Counted from the first letter of the stretch, positions 29,575 to 41,797 are shown. The stretch is DNA of 64,000 nt from Nostoc sp. (GCA_036918135.1 JBALDB010000055.1:44401-108400); one strand, 5' to 3'. Notes: generated by a model not told the origin, from the sequence alone. Numbers and translations are program-made.

Positions 29575-32199
29575 ATGATGAATCAGTTGCAACAAGTGGT
29601 GTTGATGGTAAGCACCCTGTTCGTATTGGGTATTCAAGCTGGGTTGGCACAAACGCAACAGCAAAAATCTGCTTTAGCTAATATCCCTAATATCCGCGAA
29701 CTCAAACTTCCGCTCACTAGCGCCGAAATGTTAGTGCAGTCGCCAATATCAGAAGTTGTGCAAGTTACTCAAGTGAAGGCAAATCCTACCAATAAAGGTG
29801 TGGAGGTAATTTTACAGACATCTAAAGGCGAACAATTACAACTAGTAAATCGCAGTGTTGGCAATAGCTTCATTGTAGATGTTCCTAATGCTCAACTAGA
29901 GCTACCTAATGGCGATGCATTCACATTTCGTTCCCAAAAACCAATAGCGGGTATTACACAGATAACGGTAACAAATTTCGATGCTAACACTATCAGAGTG
30001 ATAGTTCAAGGTGAGGCAAGTGTACCAGTTGTCGAGTTGTATGACAGTCCAGATGAAGGTCTTGTCTTCTCTGTCGCCAGTGCTGTACCTTCGATGCAAC
30101 AGAACCAACAACCACAAACACCCCAAACTGGTCAATCTGAGAGTGAAACTCAGCCAAGTCAACCATCAGCTAGTGGCGATGAGCCGATTGAATTGGTGGT
30201 GACAGGTGAGCAAGATAGCTATCGCGTGCCTGATGCTTCAACTGCCACAAGAACTGACACACTAATCCGCGATATTCCTGCATCTATTCAAATCATTCCA
30301 CGCCAACTGATTGAGGATCGCGCTGTCACCAATTTAACGGATGTGCTGCAAAACACGAGTGGTGTGAATGCAGTCAATTTCACCGGGAATAACACTAATA
30401 CTTACTTGCGTGGCTTTTCTGGCAGCAATACCTTTTTCAGAAATGGCAGTCCAGTTCTCAATTTCTTTGACAACTTCAATTTAGATAACCTGGAACGAAT
30501 CGAGGTTTTAAAAGGGCCTGCCTCTGTGCTTTTTGGTCAAGGGAACCCTGGTGGGATCATTAATCTCGTTACTAAAAAGCCTCTGAGCGAGCCATATTAC
30601 AATCTCAGCTTTCAAGCTGGGAGTTTCAGTTATTATCATCCATCCTTCGATATTTCTGGACCCTTGAATCCTGAGAAAACGCTTTTGTATCGATTTATCG
30701 GCTCTTATGACAGAGCAGACAGTTTTGTAGAATTTGCCAACTCAGAGCGCTATTTTTTCACACCCACCATCGAGTGGAAGATTTCTCGCAACACAAACTT
30801 AGTAGTTGATTTCGAGTTCACCGATTCTAGTTCGACTAGCATCGACTCCATTCCTGTCATTGGACGAAACATTGCTCCCATTCCCATATCTCGCGCTCTG
30901 GCAGAGTCAGGCGGTTTTGGCGATCCGTTTAATAAGTATGACAATCGACGATACACTTTCAGTACAACCCTCGAACATCAATTCAGTCAAAACTGGTCGC
31001 TTCGTAACACATTTTTTTATAGATCGAACAGCGTGCGGCGTGCGTTGCCAAATGATGATACCTTCGATGAAACTACGGGAGATCGTACACGAATAATTTT
31101 AACTACGGATGATTCGTTTCACAATTTAGCGAACAATCTAGATATTGTTGGTAATTTTAAAACTGGTTCAATCGCTCACAAGCTGTTGCTAGGGTTTGAG
31201 TTTGGTAGAGAAACTAGAAATCGCAGGATCTTCCGGGGCGCAGAAGGCAGCTATCCATCCATCAATATTTTCAATCCCATTTACTCCACAGAGCGATTTT
31301 TATTTGACACGTTTCCGTTTACAAGTTTCAATCGCGATGAAACCAACACAAATTACGGTGTCTATCTTCAAGATCAAATTGCATTTACAGACAACTTGAA
31401 GCTAGTACTTGGCGGACGTTATGACAATTATCAACAAGAAACTTCTAATCGATTAACTCCAGTCGATACAAGTCAAACCTCTTCTGCTTTCAGTCCGAGA
31501 GTCGGACTTATTTACCAACCGACAGAATCTGTGTCCCTTTATGCTTCGTTTGTACAGGGATTCGATCCAAACACTGGTGTAATTCTGGTAAACAATTCTG
31601 CTCCCGCACCGCAAAAAGCCACCCAGTATGAAACAGGTGTCAAACTTGATTTTGGCAAGTTTGCTGCATCCCTAGCCGCTTTCGAGATTACGAAGACGAA
31701 TGTACCAACAGCCGATCCCAATCGAGCAAATTTAGATTTTTCTGTTTTATCGGGAGAGGTGAAAAGTAGGGGTGTCGAGTTTGATCTATCAGGTGAAATT
31801 CTGCCGGGATGGAACATTATTGCTGCCTATGCTTATACTGATGTCTTCGTGAGTAAAGACAATATAATTCCTGTTGGCAATCGATTTACTAACACGCCTC
31901 GTCACTCTGCAAGTTTGTGGAACACTTATCAAATTCAACAAGGAAATTTCAAGGATTTAGGATTTGGTTTAGGGTTCTATTATGTAGGTGATAAAGCAGG
32001 AGATTTAGATAATTCGTTTGAGATTCCCAGTTACTTCCGCACTGATGCTTCTATTTTCTATCGCCGAAACAACTGGAAAGCACAGATAAACTTCCAGAAT
32101 TTGTTCGACATAACGTATTACACAGGCTCAAGTGAATCTCGTGATGCTTTTGCAGGCGCTCCTTTTTCCGTCATTGGTTCTATCTCATTTACGTTCTGA
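29575..32199 (+). CDS. AMIN-domain TonB-dependent receptor
   Basis: Full architecture, terminal FTF. Confidence 0.92.
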   Translation: MMNQLQQVVLMVSTLFVLGIQAGLAQTQQQKSALANIPNIRELKLPLTSAEMLVQSPISEVVQVTQVKANPTNKGVEVILQTSKGEQLQLVNRSVGNSFIVDVPNAQLELPNGDAFTFRSQKPIAGITQITVTNFDANTIRVIVQGEASVPVVELYDSPDEGLVFSVASAVPSMQQNQQPQTPQTGQSESETQPSQPSASGDEPIELVVTGEQDSYRVPDASTATRTDTLIRDIPASIQIIPRQLIEDRAVTNLTDVLQNTSGVNAVNFTGNNTNTYLRGFSGSNTFFRNGSPVLNFFDNFNLDNLERIEVLKGPASVLFGQGNPGGIINLVTKKPLSEPYYNLSFQAGSFSYYHPSFDISGPLNPEKTLLYRFIGSYDRADSFVEFANSERYFFTPTIEWKISRNTNLVVDFEFTDSSSTSIDSIPVIGRNIAPIPISRALAESGGFGDPFNKYDNRRYTFSTTLEHQFSQNWSLRNTFFYRSNSVRRALPNDDTFDETTGDRTRIILTTDDSFHNLANNLDIVGNFKTGSIAHKLLLGFEFGRETRNRRIFRGAEGSYPSINIFNPIYSTERFLFDTFPFTSFNRDETNTNYGVYLQDQIAFTDNLKLVLGGRYDNYQQETSNRLTPVDTSQTSSAFSPRVGLIYQPTESVSLYASFVQGFDPNTGVILVNNSAPAPQKATQYETGVKLDFGKFAASLAAFEITKTNVPTADPNRANLDFSVLSGEVKSRGVEFDLSGEILPGWNIIAAYAYTDVFVSKDNIIPVGNRFTNTPRHSASLWNTYQIQQGNFKDLGFGLGFYYVGDKAGDLDNSFEIPSYFRTDASIFYRRNNWKAQINFQNLFDITYYTGSSESRDAFAGAPFSVIGSISFTF

Positions 32200-32390
32200 G
32201 CATTTAAGTTGAAGTGATCCAATCAATCCTGGCGATGCCTGCGGTGCTTGCTAGCCTACGCATCACGTCAAAAGAGCGTAGACTTCCTTGGCTTGTCGAT
32301 AGGCGATCGCTTCACCCCACTTCATGAGAAACTATTGCAAATATGACGTTCCCGAAGTGACTCTCTCAAGAGTATCGCTCAAGCTAAAAC

Positions 32391-34150
32391 ATGACTATAA
32401 CCATTTCGCGCAATAATTTCTTTGATATCTATTTTGAAGTAGAACAAACCAAACAACGGAACGACCCTGCTGACGAATTTGATATTCTTTGGCAGTACCC
32501 ATCCCAGTTTGGCCAAGGATACAGCCGAACCATCGAACTACAACAGGGATTGGGACTAATGATAAATCAGTATCAACTCTATGAAGATTTGGCGATCAAA
32601 GCCTCGGAACGTGGAGGTGGTTATTTATATTATGGCTGTTGTCTTTCAGGAAGTTTTGAAAGTCGGAATGTCCACAACAGCTCAACATTGCCTATGAAAA
32701 TTCTGGCAGTTTCCGCGACTTTGTAAACCAAGAAAGATTTTTTATCGCTCCTGTACTCGCTTGGAAAATTGGTGACAAGACAAACCTGACTTTTGAAGGT
32801 GAATATCTCCACTCAGAAAGTCCTTACGATCGCGGGCTAGTAACAATTGGCGATCGCGTTGCAGATATTCCGATAAGCCGCTATCTCAGCGATCCCAGAA
32901 GTCAAGTCGTTGCAGATACATCACAAACCTACCTCACCTTAAATCATGACTTTAATCAGAACTTATCGCTGCGTACTGCTTTTCGAGTGACGACTGGATT
33001 ACAAACATATAATCGTTTTGTCCTTCAAGGATTTAATGCCACTGATGACGGAATTCTTGAACTTGGGAATACTCCCCTAAGTCTGTATCGTGAAACTTAC
33101 TATCTACAGAATGACTTAACTGCTAAATTTAATACTGGCTCCCTCAAGCATACACTTTTGTTTGGTGTGGAGCTTGGTAGAGAGTATTTTGCCCAGCAGA
33201 TCGACTCAGGAACCGCTCAGTCGATTAATATTTTTAATCCAGTCTACAACTTTTCTTATGGTTCAAATGAACGGATTAATGATACTGCATCTAATACAAA
33301 CTCTTTCGGAATTTACCTGCAAGATCAGATAAGTGTGTTTGATAATATCAAACTCCTGGTGGGTGGCAGGTTTGATACTTATCATAGTGAAACACAAGAT
33401 TTCCTCAATGCCTCAACGACAGTCACAGATAGTGATGCGTTTTCACCCCGTGTGGGAATTGTTTACCAACCGACAAAAGAAATTTCACTGTTTGCCAACT
33501 ATAGTCGCTCGTTTGTTCCTGTTACTGGTAGCGATAAGAACGGCAATACTTTTGTGCCTGAACGGGGAACTGGCTACGAAGTTGGCATCAAAGGAGATTT
33601 TTTGAATAATCGTCTCTCTTCTACCCTAGCTTTCTACACAGTTACCAAAACCAATGTCACAACTGCCGATCCCAGCGATCCCACAGGTAACTTTTCAATT
33701 CAAGTCGGCGAACAACGTAGTCGTGGGATTGAGTTCGATATTACTGGAGAAATCTTACCCGGTTGGAAAGTCATTGGTTCCTACGCTTATACAAATGCAG
33801 AAATCACGGAAGACAATAGCTATCCAGTTGGAAATACTCTGTCTACGACACCGCGACATAGTGGTTCTTTGTGGACAACCTATACCTTTCAAACAGGATC
33901 GTTAGAAGGTTTCGGTTTTGGCGGAGGCATTTTTGCAGCAAGCGAGGCTTATGGAGATTTAGATAACTCTTACAGTGTACCTGGTTTTGTACGGACTGAT
34001 GCGGCACTTTTCTACAAAAAGGATCGGTTGAGAGCATCTGTGAACTTCAAAAACTTGTTTAGTGTCAGATATTTCGAGAGTACTTTTTTTGGTACAGCCT
34101 ATCCGGCTGCACCGCTTACAGTTCAAGGAACGATTTCTTGGGAGTTCTAA
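32391..34150 (+). pseudogene. Out-of-frame fusion of AraC 5' part (32391-32680) to TonB receptor barrel (32681-34150)
   Basis: First ~97 codons match AraC 19567; from 32681 LNIAYENSGSFRDF is in frame with ORF 32987-34150. Confidence 0.85.
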
Positions 34151-34208
34151 CGTTAGCCTCCACAGCTCTTTTCCTTCTGGCAAGGCTTAATATTTTAAGG
34201 TATTTGCT

Positions 34209-34381
34209 ATGAACTCTCAAAAACTCCGCGACTTGGTATTTACCTTACACAGCTACATCGGTTTAGCGGTGGAAGTGGAATGCTCATCATAAAAGAGTGA
34301 ACTTTGATGTTCACAAAGTTGCTGGTGTTGTCACAGCGATTTTTTTGCTGTTTGCATTTTTCACAGGATTTTGTTAGAGCT
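34209..34381 (+). pseudogene. Collapsed PepSY-TM remnant
   Basis: MNSQKLRDLVFTLHSYIGLAV joined to KWNAHHKRVNFDVHKVAG...FTGFC*. Confidence 0.75.
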
Positions 34382-34444
34382 AAATCGCAGTAAAATTATT
34401 GCTAATTATTAGCATTAATTCTGACGATATACCAGTCACTAACT

Positions 34445-35428
34445 ATGACAATTATTCTCACGCCGGAACAAGAAACAGAATTTTGGGCAGAAGCTGAACA
34501 AGATAGCCAGCAGCACTCACTCTTTCCATTTGAATCCTATTGTCAAATACCCAAGCAACTGGGCAAAGGATATGTGCGAGATATTGAGGTGCATCCTCAA
34601 GTATGGCTGGGCATTGGTAAGCGCGACTACTACGATCGCATACTGGAATCAGGGTGTGAATGCGTTCACCCTTTAGAATTTGGTGTTCGCCTTTGTGGAA
34701 CAATTATAGATGAATATGGTGGGCAATTAGGAGAAGGATACACGCTCATTTCTGGTGGTGGCATTCAAAGAAAGATGACTTATTTATATTCACAATCAGG
34801 CATGGGTGTAGGCTTTAGTATGCCTCCAGAGTTGTTAGCAACCTTTTTCCCAACAATCGATGGAGAAATTTTACCGCAACTACGCTTTTTAGCAAAAACT
34901 AATGACTGGCAGACATTGCTCTACCCAAAAACCACAGCCGCAATCGAGACAGTAGCACAGCAAATTGTCAACTGTCCCTATCACGGGATGACGAAGCGTT
35001 TGTATTTACAGGGTAAGGTGCTAGAGTTGATGGCACTGCAACTTGCTCCTTTTTTAGCTGAACAAGATGGAGTGCAACCATCGCCAAGATTAAAGAATGC
35101 AACGATCGCTCGCATTCATTACGCTAGAGAAATTTTGCTCTCTCGTCTAGAAAACCCACCATCAATACTAGAATTGTCGCAAATAGTGGGGGTTAGCTCA
35201 CGCACTCTCAAACGCGGATTTCGAGAATTATTTGGCACAACGGTACTTGGCTGTTTGTTCAATAAACGCATGGAGCAAGCACAGCAATGGTTACATTCGG
35301 GCGATTATACTGTCGCACAAGTCGCTAATTTACTAGGTTACTCAAATCCGGCACACTTTGCGACTGCATTTAAACGCCAATTTAGTATCACACCTAGCGA
35401 ATGTTTGTTGGGGAAAAAGTCCTTTTAG
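34445..35428 (+). CDS. AraC-family regulator (PchR-like)
   Basis: CPYHGMTKRLYLQGK, double HTH. Confidence 0.9.
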   Translation: MTIILTPEQETEFWAEAEQDSQQHSLFPFESYCQIPKQLGKGYVRDIEVHPQVWLGIGKRDYYDRILESGCECVHPLEFGVRLCGTIIDEYGGQLGEGYTLISGGGIQRKMTYLYSQSGMGVGFSMPPELLATFFPTIDGEILPQLRFLAKTNDWQTLLYPKTTAAIETVAQQIVNCPYHGMTKRLYLQGKVLELMALQLAPFLAEQDGVQPSPRLKNATIARIHYAREILLSRLENPPSILELSQIVGVSSRTLKRGFRELFGTTVLGCLFNKRMEQAQQWLHSGDYTVAQVANLLGYSNPAHFATAFKRQFSITPSECLLGKKSF

Positions 35429-35546
35429 CGAAGATGATGCCCTTTTTGGGTAGACACGAAAGCGAGAATCGCTATACAATACCCCCCAGTCTTATTAACA
35501 ACTCTTCTCATTTAATTAGAGTTGGTTTGGTGGAGTGTGAGGAATA

Positions 35547-38258
35547 ATGAGAATTGAGCGATCGCCATCTAATACTTGGCTGTGGTTAGTAATAATTTTT
35601 CTGCCGTTGTTGATGGCACAATCTGTACAAGCACAAGTCAAACACAATCAGCCAACAGCAATCAACACTGGGGAAAGTTTTAAAGCGACTGCCGATTCTT
35701 CTACTAACAAAAGAATTAGGCGAACCAACGAGATTGAACACCCAGCCACCAATGCTAGTGGATTACTTTCGCAATCGTCAACCCCACAAGCAACGCCGAC
35801 ATCAGGAGTTGTGGTAGTAACAGGAGTGAAGGCAAATCCTACTGATAAAGGTGTGGAGGTGATTTTACAAACAACTAAGGGGCAACAGTTACAAGTTACG
35901 AATCGCAGTGCTGGTAATAATTTTATTGCAGATATTCCTAATGCCCAGCTGCGTTTACCTAATGGTGAGGCATTTATATTCCGTTCCGAAAAACCACTTG
36001 CGGGAATTACTGAAATTACAGTAACAAATTTTGATCCTAACACCATCCGGGTAACGGCGATCGGTGAGGCAAGCTCACCAAAAGTCGAGTTATTTGATGG
36101 TGATGAAGGTTTAATTTTTGGGTTGACAACTGCTGCATCTACTGCACAGCAGCCACGCCAAACACAACCAACACCTGAACAAGAACAACCAGCGAATCAA
36201 ACGCAACCAGAGCAACCATCAGCACCGGGTGAGGAACCAATTGAGTTGGTTGTGACGGGTGAGCAAGATGGGTATCGCGTGCCTGATGCCTCGACTGCTA
36301 CCAGAACTGATACGCCCATCCGCGATATTCCCGCCTCAATTCAAGTCATCCCGCGACAAGTGCTAAAGGATCGACAAATTACACAAGTTCGAGAAGCAGT
36401 TTCTAACGTTAGTGGAATAACTGCTGGACCCGGTGGTTCTCAAACTACGTTTGGTGAAAGTTTCATTTTACGAGGATTTGCAGACTCCTCTGATTCTAGT
36501 ACTTTTGTTGATGGTTTTAACAGGAATAACGTCCTTAGTCGCAGTCTGGATCTAGCAAACATAGAACAACTTGAAGTTCTTAAAGGGCCAGCATCTGTTC
36601 TTTACGGGCAAGGGGATCCGGGGGGGATTGTCAATATTGTAACTAAGCAACCTCTTGCAACACCTTATTATGCCGTTGAAGGAACCATTGGTAACTTTGA
36701 TTTTTACCGTCCGACATTGGATCTTTCTGGCCCCTTAAATACCAACAAAACGATTCGCTATCGCTTGAATATGGCGTATGAAAACTCTGGTAGCTTTGTG
36801 GACTTTGTGCAAACAAAGCAGGCATTCATAGCACCTGTTATCAGTTTTGACCTGGGGAAGAATACGACCCTGGTTCTAGAAGGTGAATATCTCAATACCT
36901 CCAAAGTAGAGTATATAGGTATTCCGGCAGTAGGTTCATTATTACCAAACCCCCTTGGCAGAGTTCCCCGCTCTCGGTTTATCGATGACCCAGATTTGAA
37001 ATTAGAACGAAATTTTGTGGGACTTGGATACCGTTTACAACACAAATTCAGTGACAATTGGTCAATTCGCAATGCATTTAGAGCAGAGCTAGAAGATTAT
37101 GATGAGGCGTTTGCCTATAATTTAGGGCTACGAGCAGACAATCGAACAATAGATCGTAATGCTAGGTTTGATGAGGCCAAGTCACGGAATTACAATGTAC
37201 AAACTGATGTAATTGGCAAGATTCAAACTGGCATCGTTAAGCAGGATTTGCTATTTGGCTTGGAATTAAGTAGGACTGATTTCACCCGAAAGATATTTAA
37301 TCCAACGCCCACTTTGCCACCCATCGATTTCTTTAACCCAAATTATGACCGACCTGCAATTCAATTTGATACGAAAGCTAATGATGAAAAAAGTCCTCAA
37401 AATTTTATCGGTGTCTATACCCAGGATTTGATCTCAATTGGAGATCAGTTAAAGATTTTGCTAGGTGGACGCTTTGATTTTGTAGAATCCTCCTATGAGG
37501 ATACAGTAAATGGTATCTCACGCGATCAACAAGATACTGCCTTCAGCCCTCGTATTGGCATTATTTACCAACCCATTCAACCAGTCTCTTTATATGCCAG
37601 CTATAGCCGCTCATTTCAACCCTCTCCTGCTTTCTCCAGAAATGCCGATGATACTCCGTTTGAGCCAACTAAGGGTGAATCATTTGAAGTCGGGGTGAAG
37701 AGTGATTTTTTCGATGGCAGACTGTCTGCAACGCTAGCAGCTTACCAAATTACCAAGCAAAATATTATCGTAAACGATCCAGCTAATCCAGGATTTAGCC
37801 TTCAGGTTGGCGAACAACGCTCTCGTGGCATTGAACTAGATGTCGCTGGTGAAATCTTGCCGGGGTGGAAAATCATTGCCAATTATGCCTATATCGATCC
37901 GGAAATCACTGAAGATACCAACCCAGAGTATAAGGGGAATGAACCGAGTAATGTTGCCCGAAATAGTGCTTCTTTATGGACAACCTATGAAATTCAAACT
38001 GGAGGTTGGAAAGGGTTGGGATTTGGGGGTGGAGTCACTTTTGTGGGCGACAGACAGGGAGATTTAGAAAATACATTCACATTGCCCAGCTATGTGCGAA
38101 CCGATGCAGCCATTTATTATCGCCGTGACAACTGGCGAGTAGGACTGAATATCAAGAACTTATTTGATATTTACTACTTTGAAAGTGCCGATAGTTTAAA
38201 CAGTGTATATCCCGCAGCACCATTTACAGTTTTGGGAACAGTTTCAGTGCAGTTTTAA
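35547..38258 (+). CDS. AMIN-domain TonB-dependent receptor
   Basis: Full architecture, GAGG before ATG, terminal VQF. Confidence 0.92.
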   Translation: MRIERSPSNTWLWLVIIFLPLLMAQSVQAQVKHNQPTAINTGESFKATADSSTNKRIRRTNEIEHPATNASGLLSQSSTPQATPTSGVVVVTGVKANPTDKGVEVILQTTKGQQLQVTNRSAGNNFIADIPNAQLRLPNGEAFIFRSEKPLAGITEITVTNFDPNTIRVTAIGEASSPKVELFDGDEGLIFGLTTAASTAQQPRQTQPTPEQEQPANQTQPEQPSAPGEEPIELVVTGEQDGYRVPDASTATRTDTPIRDIPASIQVIPRQVLKDRQITQVREAVSNVSGITAGPGGSQTTFGESFILRGFADSSDSSTFVDGFNRNNVLSRSLDLANIEQLEVLKGPASVLYGQGDPGGIVNIVTKQPLATPYYAVEGTIGNFDFYRPTLDLSGPLNTNKTIRYRLNMAYENSGSFVDFVQTKQAFIAPVISFDLGKNTTLVLEGEYLNTSKVEYIGIPAVGSLLPNPLGRVPRSRFIDDPDLKLERNFVGLGYRLQHKFSDNWSIRNAFRAELEDYDEAFAYNLGLRADNRTIDRNARFDEAKSRNYNVQTDVIGKIQTGIVKQDLLFGLELSRTDFTRKIFNPTPTLPPIDFFNPNYDRPAIQFDTKANDEKSPQNFIGVYTQDLISIGDQLKILLGGRFDFVESSYEDTVNGISRDQQDTAFSPRIGIIYQPIQPVSLYASYSRSFQPSPAFSRNADDTPFEPTKGESFEVGVKSDFFDGRLSATLAAYQITKQNIIVNDPANPGFSLQVGEQRSRGIELDVAGEILPGWKIIANYAYIDPEITEDTNPEYKGNEPSNVARNSASLWTTYEIQTGGWKGLGFGGGVTFVGDRQGDLENTFTLPSYVRTDAAIYYRRDNWRVGLNIKNLFDIYYFESADSLNSVYPAAPFTVLGTVSVQF

Positions 38259-38434
38259 GAAGGCTAGTATTCGCAGAGTGACACAAGCTGTTTACGAACG
38301 CGATCGCTTCCGTTATGGATGGGAGAAACAAGTCAAATCCTCTTCCCTTCTGCCTTCTGCCTCCTGCCTTGTTTCTTAGGAGAGAGTTAAGTATATGGAC
38401 AAAAATATTTACAGTCATTGCGAGTGTACTCCTA

Positions 38435-38869
38435 CGGAGAAGCATTGAATTGGATGTTGTTGGAGAAATTCTTCCAGGCTGGAATATTATTACTAACTAC
38501 GCCTACACCGATGCTAAAGTCTCAAAAGACAATAGTCCTCTACAAGGAAATCGATTTGAAGATGTGCCCTATAACGGGGCAAGTCTGTGGACAACCTACC
38601 AAATCCAACAGGGTGATTTGTAGGGGTTAGGCTTCGGCTTAGGGTTATTTTACGTTGGTGAACAAGAAGGCGACTTGGAGAATACCTATGAACTAAGCAG
38701 CTATCTGCGTACCGATGCCGGCATCTTTTATAAGAGAAATAACTGGCGGGCGGGAATTAACTTCAAAAATATTTTCAATGTGGACTACATTGAGAATAGC
38801 TACAGCAGAGAACAAATCACTCCTGGCGCTCCTTTTACTGTTGTGGGGACATTTTCAATTGAATTTTGA
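38435..38869 (+). pseudogene. TonB receptor 3' fragment with internal stop
   Basis: IELDVVGEILPGWN...QQGDL* (TAG 38621-38623) then GLGFGLG...FSIEF. Confidence 0.8.
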
Positions 38870-39229
38870 TTGTTCATCTTCTATGAATTTTTTGTTTCAA
38901 CAATTTTGTCTGTAAACGTTGAATATGTCAGGAGTATGAAGTTCAACAAAAAGGATGAAATCAGCTGGGTGCAATTTGCAAGAATATTGAGATTGTCCTG
39001 GGTGATGCAACAGAATGTGGCGAGGTCTGACAACAAGCTATTTAGCATCTACATAACCACCAATTACTAAAATCCCACAACTGGGTGAGATTGAGCATCC
39101 GTTATCAGAGTAATTCTTTACAGATTCTTAAACTGACGAATTAGGAAGTATTTACTATGGTAAATTATGATTTATTGAGAAATTTTTCTAAGATATTAAA
39201 CTGATTTCTCTAATTGCAGAGCATTTATC

Positions 39230-40384
39230 ATGCAAGTAAAATCCTTTCATCATCTAGTGTTTACCTTACACCGCTACATTGGTTTAGCGGTAGGACTGAT
39301 TGCAATTATTGTCGGCTTAACTGGTAGTTTATTAGTCTTCCACTCCGAAATTGACAACTTCGACCGGCAGCGTCGAATTGGCCCAATCACACCTGAAGGA
39401 GAAATGCTGCCAGTTGAGGTTGTTCTCAACGCTGTGAAAAAAACCTATGCAGATCAACCAGATGCACCAGTGCAAAGGATTTACCTGCCAAGCAAGCCAA
39501 ATGAGCCGATAAATGTAATCCTGAAAACCAAACAAAACGAATGGACAGAAAACTACGTTAACCCCTACACAGGAAAGATTATAGGCAATAACTTAAAGCC
39601 AAGCTTTGTGCAAAAGTTTTATGAAATCGCCTACCCACTCCACTATGCTCTTTTAGGCGGTGACTGGGGCTATAAGTTTGTGGGCATAATTGGTTTTCTG
39701 ATGTCTTTTATGAGCATTACAGGTATTATCCTGTGGCCTGGTTGGCGCAGATTGATATCTGGATTCAAAATCAAGTGGAATGCTCATCCTAAGCGAGTGA
39801 ACTTTGATGTTCACAAAGTTGCTGGCGTAATCACCGCAGTATTTCTAATCTTCGCATTCTTTACAGGATTTTGTTGGAGCTTTAGTGAATTTGTCAACCC
39901 AACGATCTATGCAATCACCTTCAGTAAACAGCAAACCGATCCGGTATCTGTTCTCATTGCTGGTAAGTCTGCGCTCGAACTTACACAACAATTAAAAACG
40001 GCTCAGGCTGCTTTACCAAATGGAGAACTCAGGAGAATTTATTTTCCAACTAAACCAGAAGAAGCTTTAACAGTTGCTTTTAAACTTCCCCAAGAAACTG
40101 AGGACTATGGTCAAAGCAGTGTTTATCTTGACCAATACAGTGGTAAGGTATTGCGAGTAGATAGTTCTTTGCAGATGTCATTGGGCGATCGCATTCTCAA
40201 TTCTTTTACTCCTCTACACTACGGTACATTCTGGGGATTGCCATCTCGTATTTTCTACCTATTTGTTGGACTTGCACCGTTAATCTTGTTCGTTACTGGC
40301 TTTGTCATGTGGTGGTATCGCTACAAAGGAAAAAATCGCTTCCCACAGACTAGGGAAATGGTGAAGTTAAGAGTAAAGAATTAG
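39230..40384 (+). CDS. PepSY-associated TM helix protein (PiuB/FoxB-like iron-regulated membrane protein)
   Basis: LHRYIGL, LHYALL, ITGIILWPG, DVHKVAG, PLHYG, final TM helix. Confidence 0.88.
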   Translation: MQVKSFHHLVFTLHRYIGLAVGLIAIIVGLTGSLLVFHSEIDNFDRQRRIGPITPEGEMLPVEVVLNAVKKTYADQPDAPVQRIYLPSKPNEPINVILKTKQNEWTENYVNPYTGKIIGNNLKPSFVQKFYEIAYPLHYALLGGDWGYKFVGIIGFLMSFMSITGIILWPGWRRLISGFKIKWNAHPKRVNFDVHKVAGVITAVFLIFAFFTGFCWSFSEFVNPTIYAITFSKQQTDPVSVLIAGKSALELTQQLKTAQAALPNGELRRIYFPTKPEEALTVAFKLPQETEDYGQSSVYLDQYSGKVLRVDSSLQMSLGDRILNSFTPLHYGTFWGLPSRIFYLFVGLAPLILFVTGFVMWWYRYKGKNRFPQTREMVKLRVKN

Positions 40385-40427
40385 ATTATCAATTAGCAAT
40401 TTCACCATATCCCCTGTTGAAGTAATT

Positions 40428-40627
40428 TGAACCTATTTGGTGTCAAATATTTCGAGACTGCTTTTTTTGGCTCAGCCTATCGTGCTGCACCGTTTACAGT
40501 TTAAGGAACGATTTCTTGGGAGTTTTGACGTAAGCTTCCACGACTGAATTCCTCTCTAACAAGGCTTGAATATTTTAAGGTAACTGCTATGAACTCTGAA
40601 AAACTGGGCGACTTGGTATTTACCCTC
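40428..40627 (+). pseudogene. Last codons of a TonB receptor plus first codons of a PepSY-TM gene
   Basis: NLFGVKYFETAFFGSAY..ISWEF* matches the end of 20758-23316; MNSEKLGDLVFTL at 40589. Confidence 0.7.
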
Positions 40628-40800
40628 TTTCCCCAAAAATAAGCTTCTTTGAGGGTTTCTACTAGAGAGCCACTTCATTGGCAACCCGCTTGCGCTTGGC
40701 ACCCCAGTCAGGTGATTATGGAAAATGCAAATCTTTCTCATTTGCTCTTGGCAATTGGGCATAATTGTTGCCAACTTCACCAGACTGACTCAAAGCAGCT

Positions 40801-41793
40801 ATGACAATCATTTATTCTCAGGCGGGTTTCAATGAGATATTTGAAGCGTCCCACCAAAATGACACAAACCCTCCGAGATCGAATGATTTTGTCACACGCT
40901 GGAAGATACCTAAGTTGATTGGTCGGGGGATTGGGCAGTTCTTTGAATTGCGGCAGGGTCTAAGTTTACATATCAATGACTGGCAATTGCGCCATGACCT
41001 CGCGATCGCCGATTATTCAAAATCTGAATCGAGGTTAAACTATGGCTTCTGCATCGACTCAGAAAGGTTTCGGATCGAGAATACGGCGGTCAACTCCGGG
41101 CAATACATTCTGTGGGGCAAGGGTATGTCGGAGGGTAAAGTCGTAAAGTTACCAGCCATTGAGCAAGGGTTTTGGATTCAAGTTTATATGATGCCCGAAC
41201 TGCTATATTCGTTTGTGGGTGATGCATCCGAGCAATTGCCTGCCGCCTTTGAGCATCTTGTAAAACCACCGGATGAGGAGCGATCGCTTCAAATCGGCAC
41301 AACCACACCGCAGATGCAGGTTGCTTTGCAGCAGATATTGTGCTGTCCCTATCAAGACATGACACAGAAGATGTACTTAGAAGGTAAAATCTGGGAACTG
41401 ACGGCATTGCTCCTAGAACAGGTAAAAGCAAAGCAGGATTTGTCAGATCCAATTTGGCAATTGAAACCGGAGGATGTAGACCGCATCTATTATGCTAGAG
41501 AACTGTTGCTCAATCGGCTAAACAATCCTCCTTCCCTGACAGAACTAGCGCGGCAGGTAGAGCTAAATGAATGTACGCTCAAGCGTGGCTTTCGGCAAGT
41601 ATTTGGCAAAACTGCGTTTAGCTATTTGCATGACTATCGACTAGAACAAGCGCGGCAGTTATTGACAACGGGCGAAATGAAAGTTGCAGAGGTTGCTGAA
41701 GCGATCGGGTTTGCAGATCCGGGATATCTGGCAAGAGCATTCCGCAAAAAGTTTGGTTGCTACCCTGGTTGCTATCGACGGCAGTTTAAATAA
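40801..41793 (+). CDS. AraC-family regulator
   Basis: CPYQDMTQKMYLEGK, double HTH. Confidence 0.9.
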   Translation: MTIIYSQAGFNEIFEASHQNDTNPPRSNDFVTRWKIPKLIGRGIGQFFELRQGLSLHINDWQLRHDLAIADYSKSESRLNYGFCIDSERFRIENTAVNSGQYILWGKGMSEGKVVKLPAIEQGFWIQVYMMPELLYSFVGDASEQLPAAFEHLVKPPDEERSLQIGTTTPQMQVALQQILCCPYQDMTQKMYLEGKIWELTALLLEQVKAKQDLSDPIWQLKPEDVDRIYYARELLLNRLNNPPSLTELARQVELNECTLKRGFRQVFGKTAFSYLHDYRLEQARQLLTTGEMKVAEVAEAIGFADPGYLARAFRKKFGCYPGCYRRQFK

Positions 41794-41797
41794 GATG

